Assembly (NCBI GenBank): GCA_963826785.1
Contig: CAWGYD010000006.1
Coordinates: forward strand, 1 to 64,000
Length of the DNA stretch: 64,000 nt
From: an uncultured delta proteobacterium
GTDB taxonomy: Bacteria; Desulfobacterota; Desulfobacteria; Desulfobacterales; Desulfosalsimonadaceae
Direction: 5' to 3'
Shown here: one piece after another, positions 1 through 10,961 of the stretch
How the letters are laid out: every line of letters starts with the position of its first letter
Position numbering within the stretch: position 1 is the first letter of the stretch
Notes under the pieces: model-generated
What the model was told of the DNA's origin: nothing
Databases searched by the model: none
Seen by the model: only the letters and a program-made list of their open reading frames with translations
Program-made: the position numbers and the translations under genes

Positions 1-314
1 GACACCCTCAGCGATTAATTTTACCTTCTGCTGCTTTGGAGTTTAAGAGATAGCTGAAATTCTTCACAATTCATGATGATAGAAAAAGAATTCACCATGG
101 AAAAGTATTGATTGCTGGAATAAATAAGATGACTTCGCAGGAGTGGTGCGGGCTAACCTTGGGATGCTCAGGGTTGTTAAAATTAGCCATGCGCCGGCCA
201 CGGGGAAGATGATCAAATTTGAGGAATGTCTTTTGCAAAGTGCAGGGGAAAAAATTCAGCAAGAACAATGTGGCTATATGCAGTCTGAACCGAAAATAAT
301 CGTGGTGAAATTTT

Positions 315-3047
315 CTAAATTCGATTAGAGGTCCCGTAAATCGCATTTAGAAGTTCTTCGGTGGATGCGGTTTTATTCACAAATGCTTCGGCCCCGGCTT
401 CGCGCATGGTTTTCGCGATCTGTTCATTTCCATGCATGGAAAGGCCGATCACGCGCACTCCAGGCAATTCGGCTTTGATGTGCCGGGTCGCCTCCACACC
501 ATCCATCTTCGGCATTAAAATATCCATTATAACCACATCGGGTTTCAGGCGGCGAGTCGATTCCAAGGCTTCTTCGCCATTTTCTGCTTCACCCACCACC
601 TGGATATCCGGCTGTAATGAAACCATGCTGATCAGGCCCTGCCGGATGACCCTATGATTGTCGGCAAAAAGCACCCGCGTTTTGGGCCGGGTTGCTGAAG
701 GTGGCGGTATAGATGCAGTCGGCCGATTTTCTGCCGCCGTAGCGGCTTTGTCCGGTTCACCCATTGTCACAAGGTTTAGCGGAACCGTTATGGTAAAGCG
801 GCTGCCCTTGCCGGGCGCGCTCTCAATGTTCAGACTGCCCCCGATGGAGCGGGTGCGCTCTTTCAGGCCCGTCAGACCCAATCCGATTTTGCCGCTTGTG
901 GAAAGCGCCTCGGGGATAAACCCCTGTCCCTGATCGCTCACCTCTATGATCAGGTTGTCGCCGTTTCGGGAAAGGACCACCTGCACGCTGTCTACCCCGG
1001 CATGCTTGGCAGTGTTGAAAAGCAGTTCCTGTACGGCGCGGAATAAAAATACTTTCAGGGGGGCGTTTTCGATTTGCTGCATGGCTTCTGTTTCGAGGCG
1101 GACATGAAGGCCGAATTGATCCGCCATCCGATTGGCCAGCCACTCGACGGCGGTGGACAGATTTGCATGTTGAAGTACCGGGGGAGTCAACTCGTGCGAT
1201 AGATGCCGGGACTTTTCAATGGATTCGGTCAGCAGATGCTCGATTTTTTTGAGGCGATCGATGGCAGGATGCGCATCTCTTGCCGACTGCACCTGCATCC
1301 GCGCACCCACCAGGAGTTGCTGCAGATCATCATGCAAAAGATTGGCAATCCGCCGGCGCTCCCGCTCTTCGGCCTCAACAAGGTCCATGGCCAGTTTCTG
1401 TAGCTGTCGCGCCCGGGTTTTTGCCAGTCTGGTGCGTTCAACCACCTGCTGCTCAAGGGTATCCGTCAGATGCTGCAGGGCTTCTTCGGCTTTTTTGCGC
1501 TTGGTTATATCTTCAATAATGGCGATTTCATAATCCGGTGAACCGTGACTGTCCCGCACCATGGAAAGCGTCAAGGACGCCCACACATAGTGGCCGTGCT
1601 TATGAATAAAGCGTTTTTCAACCGAATAGCTTTCCAGATCACCGGCCGCCATCTGCCGGAAAGGGATAAGGCCCAAATCGACATCCTCCGGATGCGTAAT
1701 ATCCGGCCAGGGCGTCGCTTGCATTTCTTCGCGAGTGTAGCCAAGCATACTACAAAATGCGTCATTCACATCGATCCAGCGGGCATCGGTGAAACTGACA
1801 CGCCCCATGCCGATGGCAGACTGTTCAAAGACGGACCGGAACTTCGCTTCACTTTCCCGCAGGGCCTCCTCGGTCTGCTTGCGTGCGGTAATATCGTTGA
1901 TATAGATAATTGATCCAACTTTTTTGAAGTCAGTCTCATATTCAGGTTCCACTTGTATCATTACAAACCGATCGTCATATGCGATTTCAATTGCCTGATC
2001 CTCTTTTTTCAGGAAAGCATCGTCAACGGCCTTGTTTAGCGGACCGAGAATATCCTCCGGCAGTCCTGTCTGGTCCAGGATGGCGCCTTCGATTGCTTCC
2101 GCTTTTTTCCCCACCAGTTCGGCAAAGGCACGATTGGCAAACCGGCAGGTTCTTTCTGTATCAATGCCGAGTATCGCATTTTTTGATGCGTTCACGATAT
2201 TGAATGCCTCCCGGGCTTGCCTCCTGAGATCACGCACAGGCGTCATGTCGTTGCCGTCAATCAAAATGGAAGTTTCATTATTTTCAGGGTCCGTAAAAAG
2301 GCGGCTGCTCCAGGATATCCAGATCTTCTCGCCATCCTTTGTGCGCCCTTCGCTTTCATTGAAATAATAGCGTTCCGGGTTGCGAAACAGATCGGCAATA
2401 AGATTCGTATTGTCCGTTCCCTGACTGTCCCGCTCGGGCAGAATGGTGCCGACTATGTTTTTCCCGATGAGTTCATCGCGTGAATAGCCAAATATTTTTT
2501 CTGTGAACCGGTTTGAAAATCGGATCTCGCCATTGCGGTTGAGTTCAATGATGATGCTGTTGATTTCTTCCACAAATTTTCGAAGCCGGGCTTCTGCTTC
2601 CTCCAACTCGCGGCGGGATTCGATTTGTTCGGTAACATCCTCAATGGCCAGCAGGATAAGATTCTCTTTACCGCCTTTCTGGTCTAACTTCCGGGCATTG
2701 AGCTGCATGATCCGGTGGCCGAGATCCGGAAAATCATGCTCCATCTCGAAGTTTTCAAAATTGGCATTTTCCGGAATAATTTTTTCAAGCAATTCTCGTA
2801 GTGCCGGAATATCCCATTGGCGATTGCCCAGGGTATAGATGCGCTTACCTTCCGTTTCAGCCTCTTCCGCTTTGAATTTCCGGTAAAAGGCAGGATTGGC
2901 GGCTACCACTTTCAGGTCTTTGCCAAGCACCAGGAGGGGTTCCCGAATGGTTTCGACAATGCTCTCGGCAAATAGACGCGCATCTTCTATCTTTTGAGTA
3001 CCTGAGTCATTCATGTCCATATCGCTGTTTTGTTTGGTTGATTTCAA
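315..3047 (-). CDS. Multi-PAS hybrid sensor histidine kinase (HisKA_3 + HATPase_c + REC)
   Basis: Several PAS/PAC-like repeats; H-box [18 protein letters not shown]-lid motifs DQGQGF and [11 protein letters not shown]-terminal REC with [13 protein letters not shown]. Exact start uncertain. Confidence 0.9.
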   Translation of the reverse strand: MKSTKQNSDMDMNDSGTQKIEDARLFAESIVETIREPLLVLGKDLKVVAANPAFYRKFKAEEAETEGKRIYTLGNRQWDIPALRELLEKIIPENANFENFEMEHDFPDLGHRIMQLNARKLDQKGGKENLILLAIEDVTEQIESRRELEEAEARLRKFVEEINSIIIELNRNGEIRFSNRFTEKIFGYSRDELIGKNIVGTILPERDSQGTDNTNLIADLFRNPERYYFNESEGRTKDGEKIWISWSSRLFTDPENNETSILIDGNDMTPVRDLRRQAREAFNIVNASKNAILGIDTERTCRFANRAFAELVGKKAEAIEGAILDQTGLPEDILGPLNKAVDDAFLKKEDQAIEIAYDDRFVMIQVEPEYETDFKKVGSIIYINDITARKQTEEALRESEAKFRSVFEQSAIGMGRVSFTDARWIDVNDAFCSMLGYTREEMQATPWPDITHPEDVDLGLIPFRQMAAGDLESYSVEKRFIHKHGHYVWASLTLSMVRDSHGSPDYEIAIIEDITKRKKAEEALQHLTDTLEQQVVERTRLAKTRARQLQKLAMDLVEAEERERRRIANLLHDDLQQLLVGARMQVQSARDAHPAIDRLKKIEHLLTESIEKSRHLSHELTPPVLQHANLSTAVEWLANRMADQFGLHVRLETEAMQQIENAPLKVFLFRAVQELLFNTAKHAGVDSVQVVLSRNGDNLIIEVSDQGQGFIPEALSTSGKIGLGLTGLKERTRSIGGSLNIESAPGKGSRFTITVPLNLVTMGEPDKAATAAENRPTASIPPPSATRPKTRVLFADNHRVIRQGLISMVSLQPDIQVVGEAENGEEALESTRRLKPDVVIMDILMPKMDGVEATRHIKAELPGVRVIGLSMHGNEQIAKTMREAGAEAFVNKTASTEELLNAIYGTSNRI

Positions 3048-3425
3048 TTGAGTGAATACGGCTCATTAAATATATACATGTCTGTTTGAATTGACAGGTG
3101 AATCATCCCATGATTAAAGCTGCACAATATTGATGGGCTAAAGGACAGGAAGCCATGCGGCTATGGTCTTCCAGTAATGCGGAAATTGGCCCGCTGAGGA
3201 TTGTCAGATTAAAGTTTCATGGGGAAATGCAGCAGGATTGCGCCAGGGGATGGCAAGTTTACTGCCTGGATGCATTGCGATACTGCCGGAATAGTTATGT
3301 GCAACCGGGGCCGACGCATTGGTTCTCACTAATGAGCGGAAAGATAGAAAAACGGAAGGGGAACACATAGAAAGATTATCGTAATTGGAGGGGGTTCGGA
3401 AATAAATCCGGTGTATTTACGGTCC

Positions 3426-3713
3426 CTAAGCATCCATAAGTTCAACATGGAGCCTCTTTCCTAAAACTATAGCGGCTCGATCCATGGTCTGGAGTGTAAC
3501 CGAAGTATTTCCCGGATCAAGCAGCCGATCCAACGCAGAGCGGCTGGTTTTCATCCTGGCCGCCATTTTCGTTTTGCTCAGTCCCTCTTTTTTCATAGTT
3601 TCGGTGATCTGCCAGGCAAGGACCTTTTTCAAAGCCCGGGTCGTCACCTCAGTCTGAATCCCTTCTTCTTGAAGGAAATCATCAAATTTTGAGCCGATAT
3701 GCCTGTTATTCAT
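3426..3713 (-). CDS. XRE-family HTH antitoxin
   Basis: 95 aa; HIGSKFDDFLQEEGI N-terminus and HTH (SKTKMAARMKTSRSALDRLLDP); 2 nt downstream of the toxin gene. Confidence 0.85.
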   Translation of the reverse strand: MNNRHIGSKFDDFLQEEGIQTEVTTRALKKVLAWQITETMKKEGLSKTKMAARMKTSRSALDRLLDPGNTSVTLQTMDRAAIVLGKRLHVELMDA

Positions 3714-3715
3714 GT

Positions 3716-4066
3716 TTATTTTTCCTCCAAATCATTCTTACGTTTTAAAGCCAAATCCAGATCCGCTTTTTCAGTTTTTTGAGTTTTTTTGATAAACCCA
3801 TGAAGCAAAAACATCTGTCCTTCCTTGACACAAAATAGGACTCGGGAAATTCGGTTGCCGGGAAGGTTGGTCCGGATCTCAAACAACCCTTTTCCCATCG
3901 GTTTACATGTTGGCATTCCAATAGGCCAACCGAACTCCACTGTCATGATGTCCTCGCCGATAAGCGTGCAATCCGGCCGGCCAAGTTTCCTTAACCACTC
4001 CCTAACTGGTTCGCCTCCGGATTCTGTCCGATAAAATCTGGCAGTGAGTCTCTTCAATTCATTCAT
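3716..4066 (-). CDS. RelE/ParE-superfamily (Gp49-like/HigB) toxin
   Basis: FYRTESGGEPVREWL, GLFEIR and LLHGFIKKTQKT motifs; likely start ATG at 4066. Confidence 0.85.
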   Translation of the reverse strand: MNELKRLTARFYRTESGGEPVREWLRKLGRPDCTLIGEDIMTVEFGWPIGMPTCKPMGKGLFEIRTNLPGNRISRVLFCVKEGQMFLLHGFIKKTQKTEKADLDLALKRKNDLEEK

Positions 4067-4075
4067 AAATAATAA

Positions 4076-4091
4076 GTACCAATTTTGGTAC
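4076..4091. promoter_or_regulatory. Palindromic operator of the TA operon
   Basis: GTACCAA-TT-TTGGTAC inverted repeat about 10 nt upstream of the toxin start. Confidence 0.6.
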
Positions 4092-4337
4092 AAACAAGCA
4101 AGGAAATTTTTTACCAAAAAATATGCTGAGGCAACGTTTCATGCGAACTTTCCAAACACGATGAAGGCGCAAGATCAAAACACTCGCGATGCATCATGCG
4201 GCTATGGCCTGACAGTAATGCAATCATCAGTGTGCCGAGGATTGTCAGTTCAAATTTTTTTGAGGCAGACAAGGCAGAATTGCTGTAAGCACTGGAAAGA
4301 ATTCGTGGCTCTGATTTAAATATTGAATGGTTGTATT

Positions 4338-4598
4338 TTATGGTGGAGGCCCGAAATCCATCAAGTTAATAAGAAATAAAATAAGGCTTAAAATAAACAG
4401 GAAAAAATTGAGTAACAGCCCTGCTAAAGCTATTTTATTGATACTTTCTTTATCGGATATGTTTGAACCTAATACCGAGGCCGATAATGCTATGCAAACT
4501 ATAAATATTAACGGTGAAAGGAAAAGAGTAGTAAGGATTAAAGATCCATCTTTGATTATTCCGAATATGGTGAGAAGAAACAAGAATAATATCGCCAT
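4338..4598 (-). CDS. Small hydrophobic membrane protein in an AT-rich segment
   Basis: 86 aa with about 3 hydrophobic stretches; segment visibly more AT-rich than its flanks. Confidence 0.5.
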   Translation of the reverse strand: MAILFLFLLTIFGIIKDGSLILTTLFLSPLIFIVCIALSASVLGSNISDKESINKIALAGLLLNFFLFILSLILFLINLMDFGPPP

Positions 4599-5423
4599 AG
4601 GTAATATTAGGCGATAAAACGCAATTGGATTTATTCCCCTCTTCTCCAGTGTATTCTCTCCATGTATCCGGTGTAATTTTTATCTGGTTCTTCTGAGAAC
4701 CGTACAAAGAAAAGAATTACAATGTCAAACAATTAAAATAACATAAGATTGGCAAAAGGATCTGGCCAATGGTTCACGAATGCAACATGCGGCTATGGAC
4801 CGACAGCATTGCTGGGTCTTTCAGCTGGGAGGACTATCGATAACATACCTGAAATTAATGATTCAGAGATCAGCACAATATATTGTGAAAAACTTGACCT
4901 CCGGACTTTGATTGATAAAAATCAAGAACTCTACTGATATTGCTCGTTCTAAACACACTTAAATTCACGGCATGGTTGCCATAGCCCCTTCCATTATCCC
5001 ACTTTTTCAAGCGCGCTCTTTAAAAAAATCCGGCTTTTTTCACCATTTCCATTGCTGTTGAAGTTAATGAAAACCATCCTCTCCCCGCAGGCGCTTTTCT
5101 TTCCTGTACTCGTTGCCGAAGTCAGGCTACCATCTTTTCACACGATTTCTTCCTGAGTGAGTGGGTTTGAAATCGAGGCGCTGCCAGGGTTTGGCGAATC
5201 CGGATCTGTCGTCCCGTTTGGAAAGGCACCCGAAGCACGTGTTATTGCAAACAGGAGACGGGATTTTCTGATAGGTTTTGTAATGATGCCCATCCAGTGC
5301 TATTGTGCACGGCGGCAATAATCAGGCATAACTATAAAAAAAAACGACGGATCCCGCAACGGAGATGCCCGAGGGTGGGCAAAAACTTGAGGCGGGTGGA
5401 ATCGTTTTTCAGGGGACACAGGG

Positions 5424-7254
5424 ATGAAATCAGGCAAACAGATGATTGGAAAACTCCTTTTGGAATCGCTCACCACCGAGCAGCTTTCCCTTTTACTGGA
5501 TGCGGTTTTTACCGTAAGCGGATAAAACCGCGCTGATGGAACGTCTGCGCAAGTCCGATGCGGATATGGCCGAAGCCGTGGGCAAAATCCTTACCCTTGG
5601 CAGAGACAAAATCACGGATATTACCGGGACCCCGGCACGGAATATCAAATCGGAAGGCCGGATGCTTGCAAACTGGGAAGCATTGTGGGGCAAATGGTCT
5701 ATCATCATATCCGAACTCGGCGATGAAGCGGGAAGATACGCATACCAGGAGAATTCCTGGGAGGCGCCGTATTTTGACGGGCCCACGCTTGCCGCGGACC
5801 TGGAAACCGGGGCAGCGCAGATGCTCGACTGCATAGATGAAGTATATGATCTGGTTCAGGAACCGGATCTTTTCAGGGACGCGCTGGAACAGATTGTTCT
5901 CGGGATCCGTGACTATCCGGAATGGATGGGTGCGGAATATCAGGATGGATGTGATCTGGAAGCAAACACCACCCGCTGTGTTTTGAAATGGTATTGGCTG
6001 GGAGCGAAAAACGAAGTCAATGCAGGAGGCATATTCCTTGAAAAGATATTTTCGCTTGGAAAATCAATTGATCTTGTTTCTCTGGATCGAGAGGAATGCA
6101 TCTCTTTTTTCTCCAGCCTTCCGGAGGAGGTATGCCGGCATGTTCATACCTGCCTTGGCGGGGAACGCGACCGGTTTGACGTGGAAATGACCTATAGCCT
6201 CTGGCATGATATTTTCCATATGTATTCGGGCCGATTCGATCCAGCGGAATTTTTAAAGACCTGCCGGACCCATCTTGCCAAAAACTGGCGCTACGGCCCT
6301 CCGCTTGTAAATGATATATTTCAGAAAGAAGATTTTGCACAAACCGAATCCTGCCTGGTGGATACATTCTCCACTTTCCTTCATCTTGCGGATGGAAAAG
6401 TTTGGTATCCCGAGGATTGTCTGTTGGGAAACAGGTTCCTCTGCAGGGAAAGGGACCCGGATATCTCCACGATGCTGGAAATCTGGTCCAAGGCAGCCGC
6501 TTCGACCGGAAACCCGGGAAGGAGCGCCGCGGCCAGACTTCAGCGGATCATTTTCATGGACCGTCAGAACTGGGATGCGGTCGCTGACGCCTATAAGGAA
6601 GAATCCGGCAGCGAAATTCAGAAATTTCTTGAACCGCTGATTCGTGAATGGACGGACGAAATGGCTTCGAGCAGTGTCCGGATGCGGATTGCAGGCAAAA
6701 CACCCCACTGGTATGGCTGGGTCCATTGGCTGATCGAGATTCTTCTCGATCCGGCAGTGCAAAAGGAGGCCTTTTTCCAGAAATTAGAAGCATGGCTGAA
6801 CCGGATGGCATCGGACAAAAAGATTTTCCGGGAACAATGGCCCCTCCTGGCCCGTCTCACCAAGGATCTCTCGGAAACCGGGAACCTGGAAATGAAGCAT
6901 CCGGCATTTTGCAAAGCGGTGTTGTCTGGTGAACCCGATGACCGGATGCTGGACAAATGCCGCCGCGAGGCACTGTGCGGAATAGAGGCGGACCGCTTCT
7001 TCCCGGCAATCATGGAAATCTGGAAAAGTCGCATTTCAGATCTCATTCCCGATCCGTCCCAGGCATCTGGCTCCAATTACGAGTCACACGCCAAGTGGAT
7101 GAAGGCCCTTTTAGAATTGAACTGCAACGAATACCACCGCACCCTGGTGAAGTGGCGAGAGGTACATAAACGCCGCCGCAACCTCTGGCGCGACTTGCAA
7201 GCGGCCGGCTTACCCCTGCAAACTTCAGCGACGGACACGGCCGGATGGCGTTGA
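5424..7254 (+). CDS. Hypothetical alpha-helical protein (about 610 aa), N-terminus split by an indel near 5517
   Basis: ATG 5424 (MKSGKQMIGKLLLESL...) joins the 572-aa ORF if one base is removed near 5517; C-terminus HKRRRNLWRDL. Confidence 0.7.
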
Positions 7255-7445
7255 AGCCCCCTGGGCTCCCGGCCAGCATGGTCATGATCAGCCGTATCAT
7301 GATCTCTTTTTTTGCGGGATCGGATTCGGCCACCAGCAGCGTGAGGGCGGCCAGTCCGATATCGTTTACCACCGGCTCCCCCCTGTGGGTTTGTCAGCCG
7401 CCCGTTCCGTTGGAGAAAATCGATAAAGAGGAAAGCGGCACTGCG
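7255..7445 (-). pseudogene. C-terminal remnant of a RhuM/Fic-DOC family protein
   Basis: RSAAFLFIDFLQRNGRL then VNDIGLAALTLLVAESDPAKKEIMIRLIM (one indel); begins at the last Arg of the Fic motif HPFxDGNKR. Confidence 0.75.
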
Positions 7446-7522
7446 CGGGCGGGTGTGTCAATCGGAACATTTTGGAAAACGTTGGAAAAGAATGTTGAGG
7501 GGGACGGGTTGGCCGGAATCTG

Positions 7523-7560
7523 AAATCCCCCCCCGCCCCCCTTTGAAAAAAGGGGGGAGA
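7523..7560. repeat. REP-like palindrome, type B single arm
   Basis: AAATCCCCCCCCGCCCCCCTTTGAAAAAAGGGGGGAGA; related copies at 20388, 46543 and 58049. Confidence 0.75.
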
Positions 7561-7616
7561 AGGGAACACAACCTACAGTTACATGGATAAGACATGCCAG
7601 AGTGAGCCGAAATGTT

Positions 7617-9488
7617 TTATGCCGGCTCCACCTCATAATACAGCGTGTAGCGCGACAACACCTCGGCGATTTTTTCCCTGACGGCGGCTATATCCGTTCC
7701 GGCGGCGGGCTTGACGGCGATCTTGACGATTGTACCGTGGACTTTGTCCTCGCCCACGGTTACAGCGACCGATTGGACCATATCGCCCAGGGCGGCCAGT
7801 TCCTGTTCATAGACCCGTTTGGTGGCATCCCAGCGTAGGGCCGGTTTGAAGATCTTACCCACCGGGGTCAATGGGATCTGGGGCGTGATAACCACCTCCT
7901 TGGGTACGGCCGCTTTTTCACCCACGTGGTCCCTTGCCCAGGCCATGACCTGGTCCGCGTTCACACCCGATCCTTCCGCCACCTCCACGTAGGCCACGGG
8001 CACCTCCCCGGAATGGGGGTCCGGGCGGCCCACGGCGGCCACCATTTTGATGTTGGGCATCTTGTAGATCGGCTCCTCGATGGCGGCCGGGTCGATGTTG
8101 TGCCCGCCCCGGATGATCAGCTCTTTTTTGCGGCCGGTGAGCCAGAAATAGCCGTCCGCGTCCATCCGTCCCAGATCCCCGGTGTTGAAAAATTCGTCGG
8201 GCAGCCAGATCTTCTGGTTGTGGATCTCCTCCACATATCCTTTAAACACATTGGGCCCCTTGATGGCCACCACCCCGATCTCGCCCACCGCGGCATCCCG
8301 CACGTAATTTCCCTCATCATCTAAAACGGCGGTCTTCATCTGCTGGTAGGGCATGCGGATGCCGATGCTGCCGACTTTGCGCTCGCCGTCTCTGGGGTTG
8401 ATGGCCGAGGCCACCGCCCCTTCAGTCAGGCCGTATCCTTCCAGCACCCGCATGCCGGTGTGGGCCTCGAACCGCTTGAACAGCTCCACGCTCAGAGGCG
8501 CAGCCCCGCAGATGGCATAACGCAGCGAGGAGATATTGGCATCCCCCACCGGGATGTCCAGCAGCACGGACAGGATAGTGGGAACCGCGGAGAAGGTCTC
8601 CGCACGGTAGAGATCCACGATTTTATAAAAATTTTTCATGATGCCCGGGTCCCGGTACCCCATGGGAGAGAGCATCACCACGTGGGCGCCGAAGGAAAAG
8701 GGGGCAAGCCCGGTGACGATGGTGCCGTTGCAGTGAAACAGGGGCAATCCGCACAACAGCGTCATGCGCGGCTCGAACCCGCCCATGATGATCAGGTCAT
8801 AGGCCATCACCACTTCGTTGTAATGGGTCCGCCGGGCCAGTTTGGGCGTCCCCGTGGTCCCCCCGGTATGATAGAGGGAAGCGATGTCGTCTTTATCGAT
8901 TGTGCGATCGAATATGAAGCGGTCTGCGGGAAAGGTTTCCACCGCCTCCTCGTATCCCGTGATATTTTGGGCCGGGTCACTCTTGCCCATGATCTGCACC
9001 ACATGGGTCAGGGTGGGGATCTGGTAACGGATGGCATCGATTTTCTTCCACATCTCCGTTCCCGGCAGGTCGGCCAGGGTTACCAGGACCTTTGTTTTTG
9101 CCGCATTGCAGATATCCCGGATGGTGGCCCCTTCCAGCAGCGGATTGATGGGATTGGCAATACCCGCGGCTTCCGCCCCCCAGAGCACATAGTGGGTCTG
9201 GGGAAGATTGGGGAGCACATAGGTGACCACATCTTCCGGCCCCACCCCCAGATCATGAAACAGATTGGCGGTCTGGCGGATTTTGCCCATGAGGGTCTCG
9301 TAAGTGATGGGCATGGGCTGATCATAGGTGTCACCGTTTAAAAGGAAACTGATGGCCACCGCATCCGGGTTGATCGCGGCCCCCTTCTCCAGCAGTTCCA
9401 CCGTATTTTTTTCCTTTACGCGTTCGCTGCAGGGAATCTTTTCGATTTCCTCGATATCGGCAAGCCCCCGGATCGTATACTTTTCCAT
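7617..9488 (-). CDS. Acyl-CoA synthetase (AMP-forming)
   Basis: YHTGGTTGTPK, EGYGLTE, NTGDLG, GRKKELIIRGGHNIDP and TPVGKIFK motifs. Confidence 0.92.
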   Translation of the reverse strand: MEKYTIRGLADIEEIEKIPCSERVKEKNTVELLEKGAAINPDAVAISFLLNGDTYDQPMPITYETLMGKIRQTANLFHDLGVGPEDVVTYVLPNLPQTHYVLWGAEAAGIANPINPLLEGATIRDICNAAKTKVLVTLADLPGTEMWKKIDAIRYQIPTLTHVVQIMGKSDPAQNITGYEEAVETFPADRFIFDRTIDKDDIASLYHTGGTTGTPKLARRTHYNEVVMAYDLIIMGGFEPRMTLLCGLPLFHCNGTIVTGLAPFSFGAHVVMLSPMGYRDPGIMKNFYKIVDLYRAETFSAVPTILSVLLDIPVGDANISSLRYAICGAAPLSVELFKRFEAHTGMRVLEGYGLTEGAVASAINPRDGERKVGSIGIRMPYQQMKTAVLDDEGNYVRDAAVGEIGVVAIKGPNVFKGYVEEIHNQKIWLPDEFFNTGDLGRMDADGYFWLTGRKKELIIRGGHNIDPAAIEEPIYKMPNIKMVAAVGRPDPHSGEVPVAYVEVAEGSGVNADQVMAWARDHVGEKAAVPKEVVITPQIPLTPVGKIFKPALRWDATKRVYEQELAALGDMVQSVAVTVGEDKVHGTIVKIAVKPAAGTDIAAVREKIAEVLSRYTLYYEVEPA

Positions 9489-9651
9489 GATCGCGCTCCT
9501 TTGTGTTTTCTATGGTTGTCGAATCTAATCGTATTGGCTGATCATTATAATACGGGGATATTATCGGGAACCACCATATCTCCCTGCTGAAGTAGTGGAT
9601 TGTTCAAATAATTAAATTACTATATTGGTCGATCCAGTATGACTTGTATTC

Positions 9652-9734
9652 TGAATCTACTTCAAAAATAAATCTTGACATCAATTGAACCTGATTCTAA
9701 TGTTGAATCAGATTTTAGTTATGAACTGTATTAA
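9652..9734 (+). promoter_or_regulatory. Sigma70-type promoter with an overlapping operator array
   Basis: TTGACA (9675-9680), 17 nt, TAATGT (9698-9703); TGAA-N5-TTCA-like boxes at 9652, 9686, 9704 and 9722; IR CTGATTC-N7-GAATCAG over the -10. Confidence 0.65.
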
Positions 9735-9803
9735 AAAGCATAATCGCTTTAACCTATCGGATCCACGTTCAATTTAACCGGAAAAAAAGCATGGGAGACG
9801 CAG

Positions 9804-10946
9804 ATGGATTTTGAATTCACCAAAGAACAGCTGATGTTCAAAAAGGAGATCATCCGGTTCGCCAAAAAGGAGATCGTCCCGAGGGTCCAGGAGTTTGAAC
9901 TCAAGAAGCAGTTTGATTTCGAATCCTTCCGCAAGCTGGGGAATTTCGGTATTCTGGGGCTTCACTTTCCGGAAGCCTACGGGGGGGGCGGCGCGGACGT
10001 CATTACCACCGTCATGGCGGGCGAAGCCCTGGGCGAGGCCGGAGTGGACGGCGGTTTGACGCTGGCCTACGGCGCCCATACCTTTTTGTGCGCGGACACC
10101 ATCTTCCGCCACGGCACCGAGGAACAGCGGAAAAAATATATCCCCAAACTGGCTTCGGGCGAATGGATCGGCTGCATGGGGCTGACCGAACCCAATGCCG
10201 GCTCGGACGTGGCCTCCATGGCCACCACCGCCGAGAAGCAGGGCGACTCCTATGTGTTGAACGGCAGCAAGATATTTATCACCAACGGCCCCATCTCCGA
10301 CGTGGCGGTGGTGTACGCCAAGACCGAACCGGAAAAGAAGCACGCCGGCATATCGGCCTTCATAGTGGATAAAGACACCAAAGGCTTTTCCGCCGGCCCC
10401 AATCTCATCAAGATGGGGGTGTGCACCTCCCAGACCTCGGAGCTGTTCTTCAACGACTGCGTGATCCCGGCCGAAAACCTGCTGGGCAAAGAGGGCGACG
10501 GGTTCAACATGTCGCTGCAGACGGTGGAATGGGACCGGAGCGCGCTGCTCGCCCCCTTTATCGGCGCCTCCACCTACATGCTCAACCGGTGCGTGGAATA
10601 TGCCAAAAAGCGGGAGCAGTTCGGCCGCACCATTTCCCAGTTTCAGGCCATCAAGCACAAGATCGCCAACATCCGCATCTTCGGAGAAGCCGCCCGCAGC
10701 CTGGTCTACCGCATCGCCTGGTGCAAGGACCAGGGCCGGCCCTTGAACCACCTGGAAGCGGCCGTGGCCAAGCTGTTCGTGGGCGACTGGAGCATGGCCC
10801 CGGCAAACGATGCCATGGTGCTGTTCGGCGGCTACGGGTACTGCCATGAATACGACATGGAGCGGATCTTCCGGGACAGCCGCCTGGCCCCCATCGGCGG
10901 CGGGACCTCGGATATTCAGAAGATGATCATTTCCAAATTGATTTAA
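9804..10946 (+). CDS. Acyl-CoA dehydrogenase (putative catalytic alpha subunit)
   Basis: MGLTEPNAGSD, LNGSKIFITNG, REQFGRTI, FGGYGY and IGGGTSDIQK motifs. Confidence 0.93.
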   Translation: MDFEFTKEQLMFKKEIIRFAKKEIVPRVQEFELKKQFDFESFRKLGNFGILGLHFPEAYGGGGADVITTVMAGEALGEAGVDGGLTLAYGAHTFLCADTIFRHGTEEQRKKYIPKLASGEWIGCMGLTEPNAGSDVASMATTAEKQGDSYVLNGSKIFITNGPISDVAVVYAKTEPEKKHAGISAFIVDKDTKGFSAGPNLIKMGVCTSQTSELFFNDCVIPAENLLGKEGDGFNMSLQTVEWDRSALLAPFIGASTYMLNRCVEYAKKREQFGRTISQFQAIKHKIANIRIFGEAARSLVYRIAWCKDQGRPLNHLEAAVAKLFVGDWSMAPANDAMVLFGGYGYCHEYDMERIFRDSRLAPIGGGTSDIQKMIISKLI

Positions 10947-10961
10947 TATAGGAGAGCCCGC

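Larger units (their letters stand above)
3151..4845 (+). repeat. Degenerate direct repeat, copies at about 3151, 4192 and 4783 (weaker copy at about 185)
   Basis: Exact 13-mer CATGCGGCTATGG at 3154, 4195 and 4786, followed by CAG.A.TGC, 15-16 variable nt and GAGGA.T.TC. Confidence 0.65.

Noticed and set aside
185..4845. Integron attC array
   Set aside because: The repeats lack RYYYAAC/GTTRRRY ends and a conserved palindrome; no integrase is in the window.
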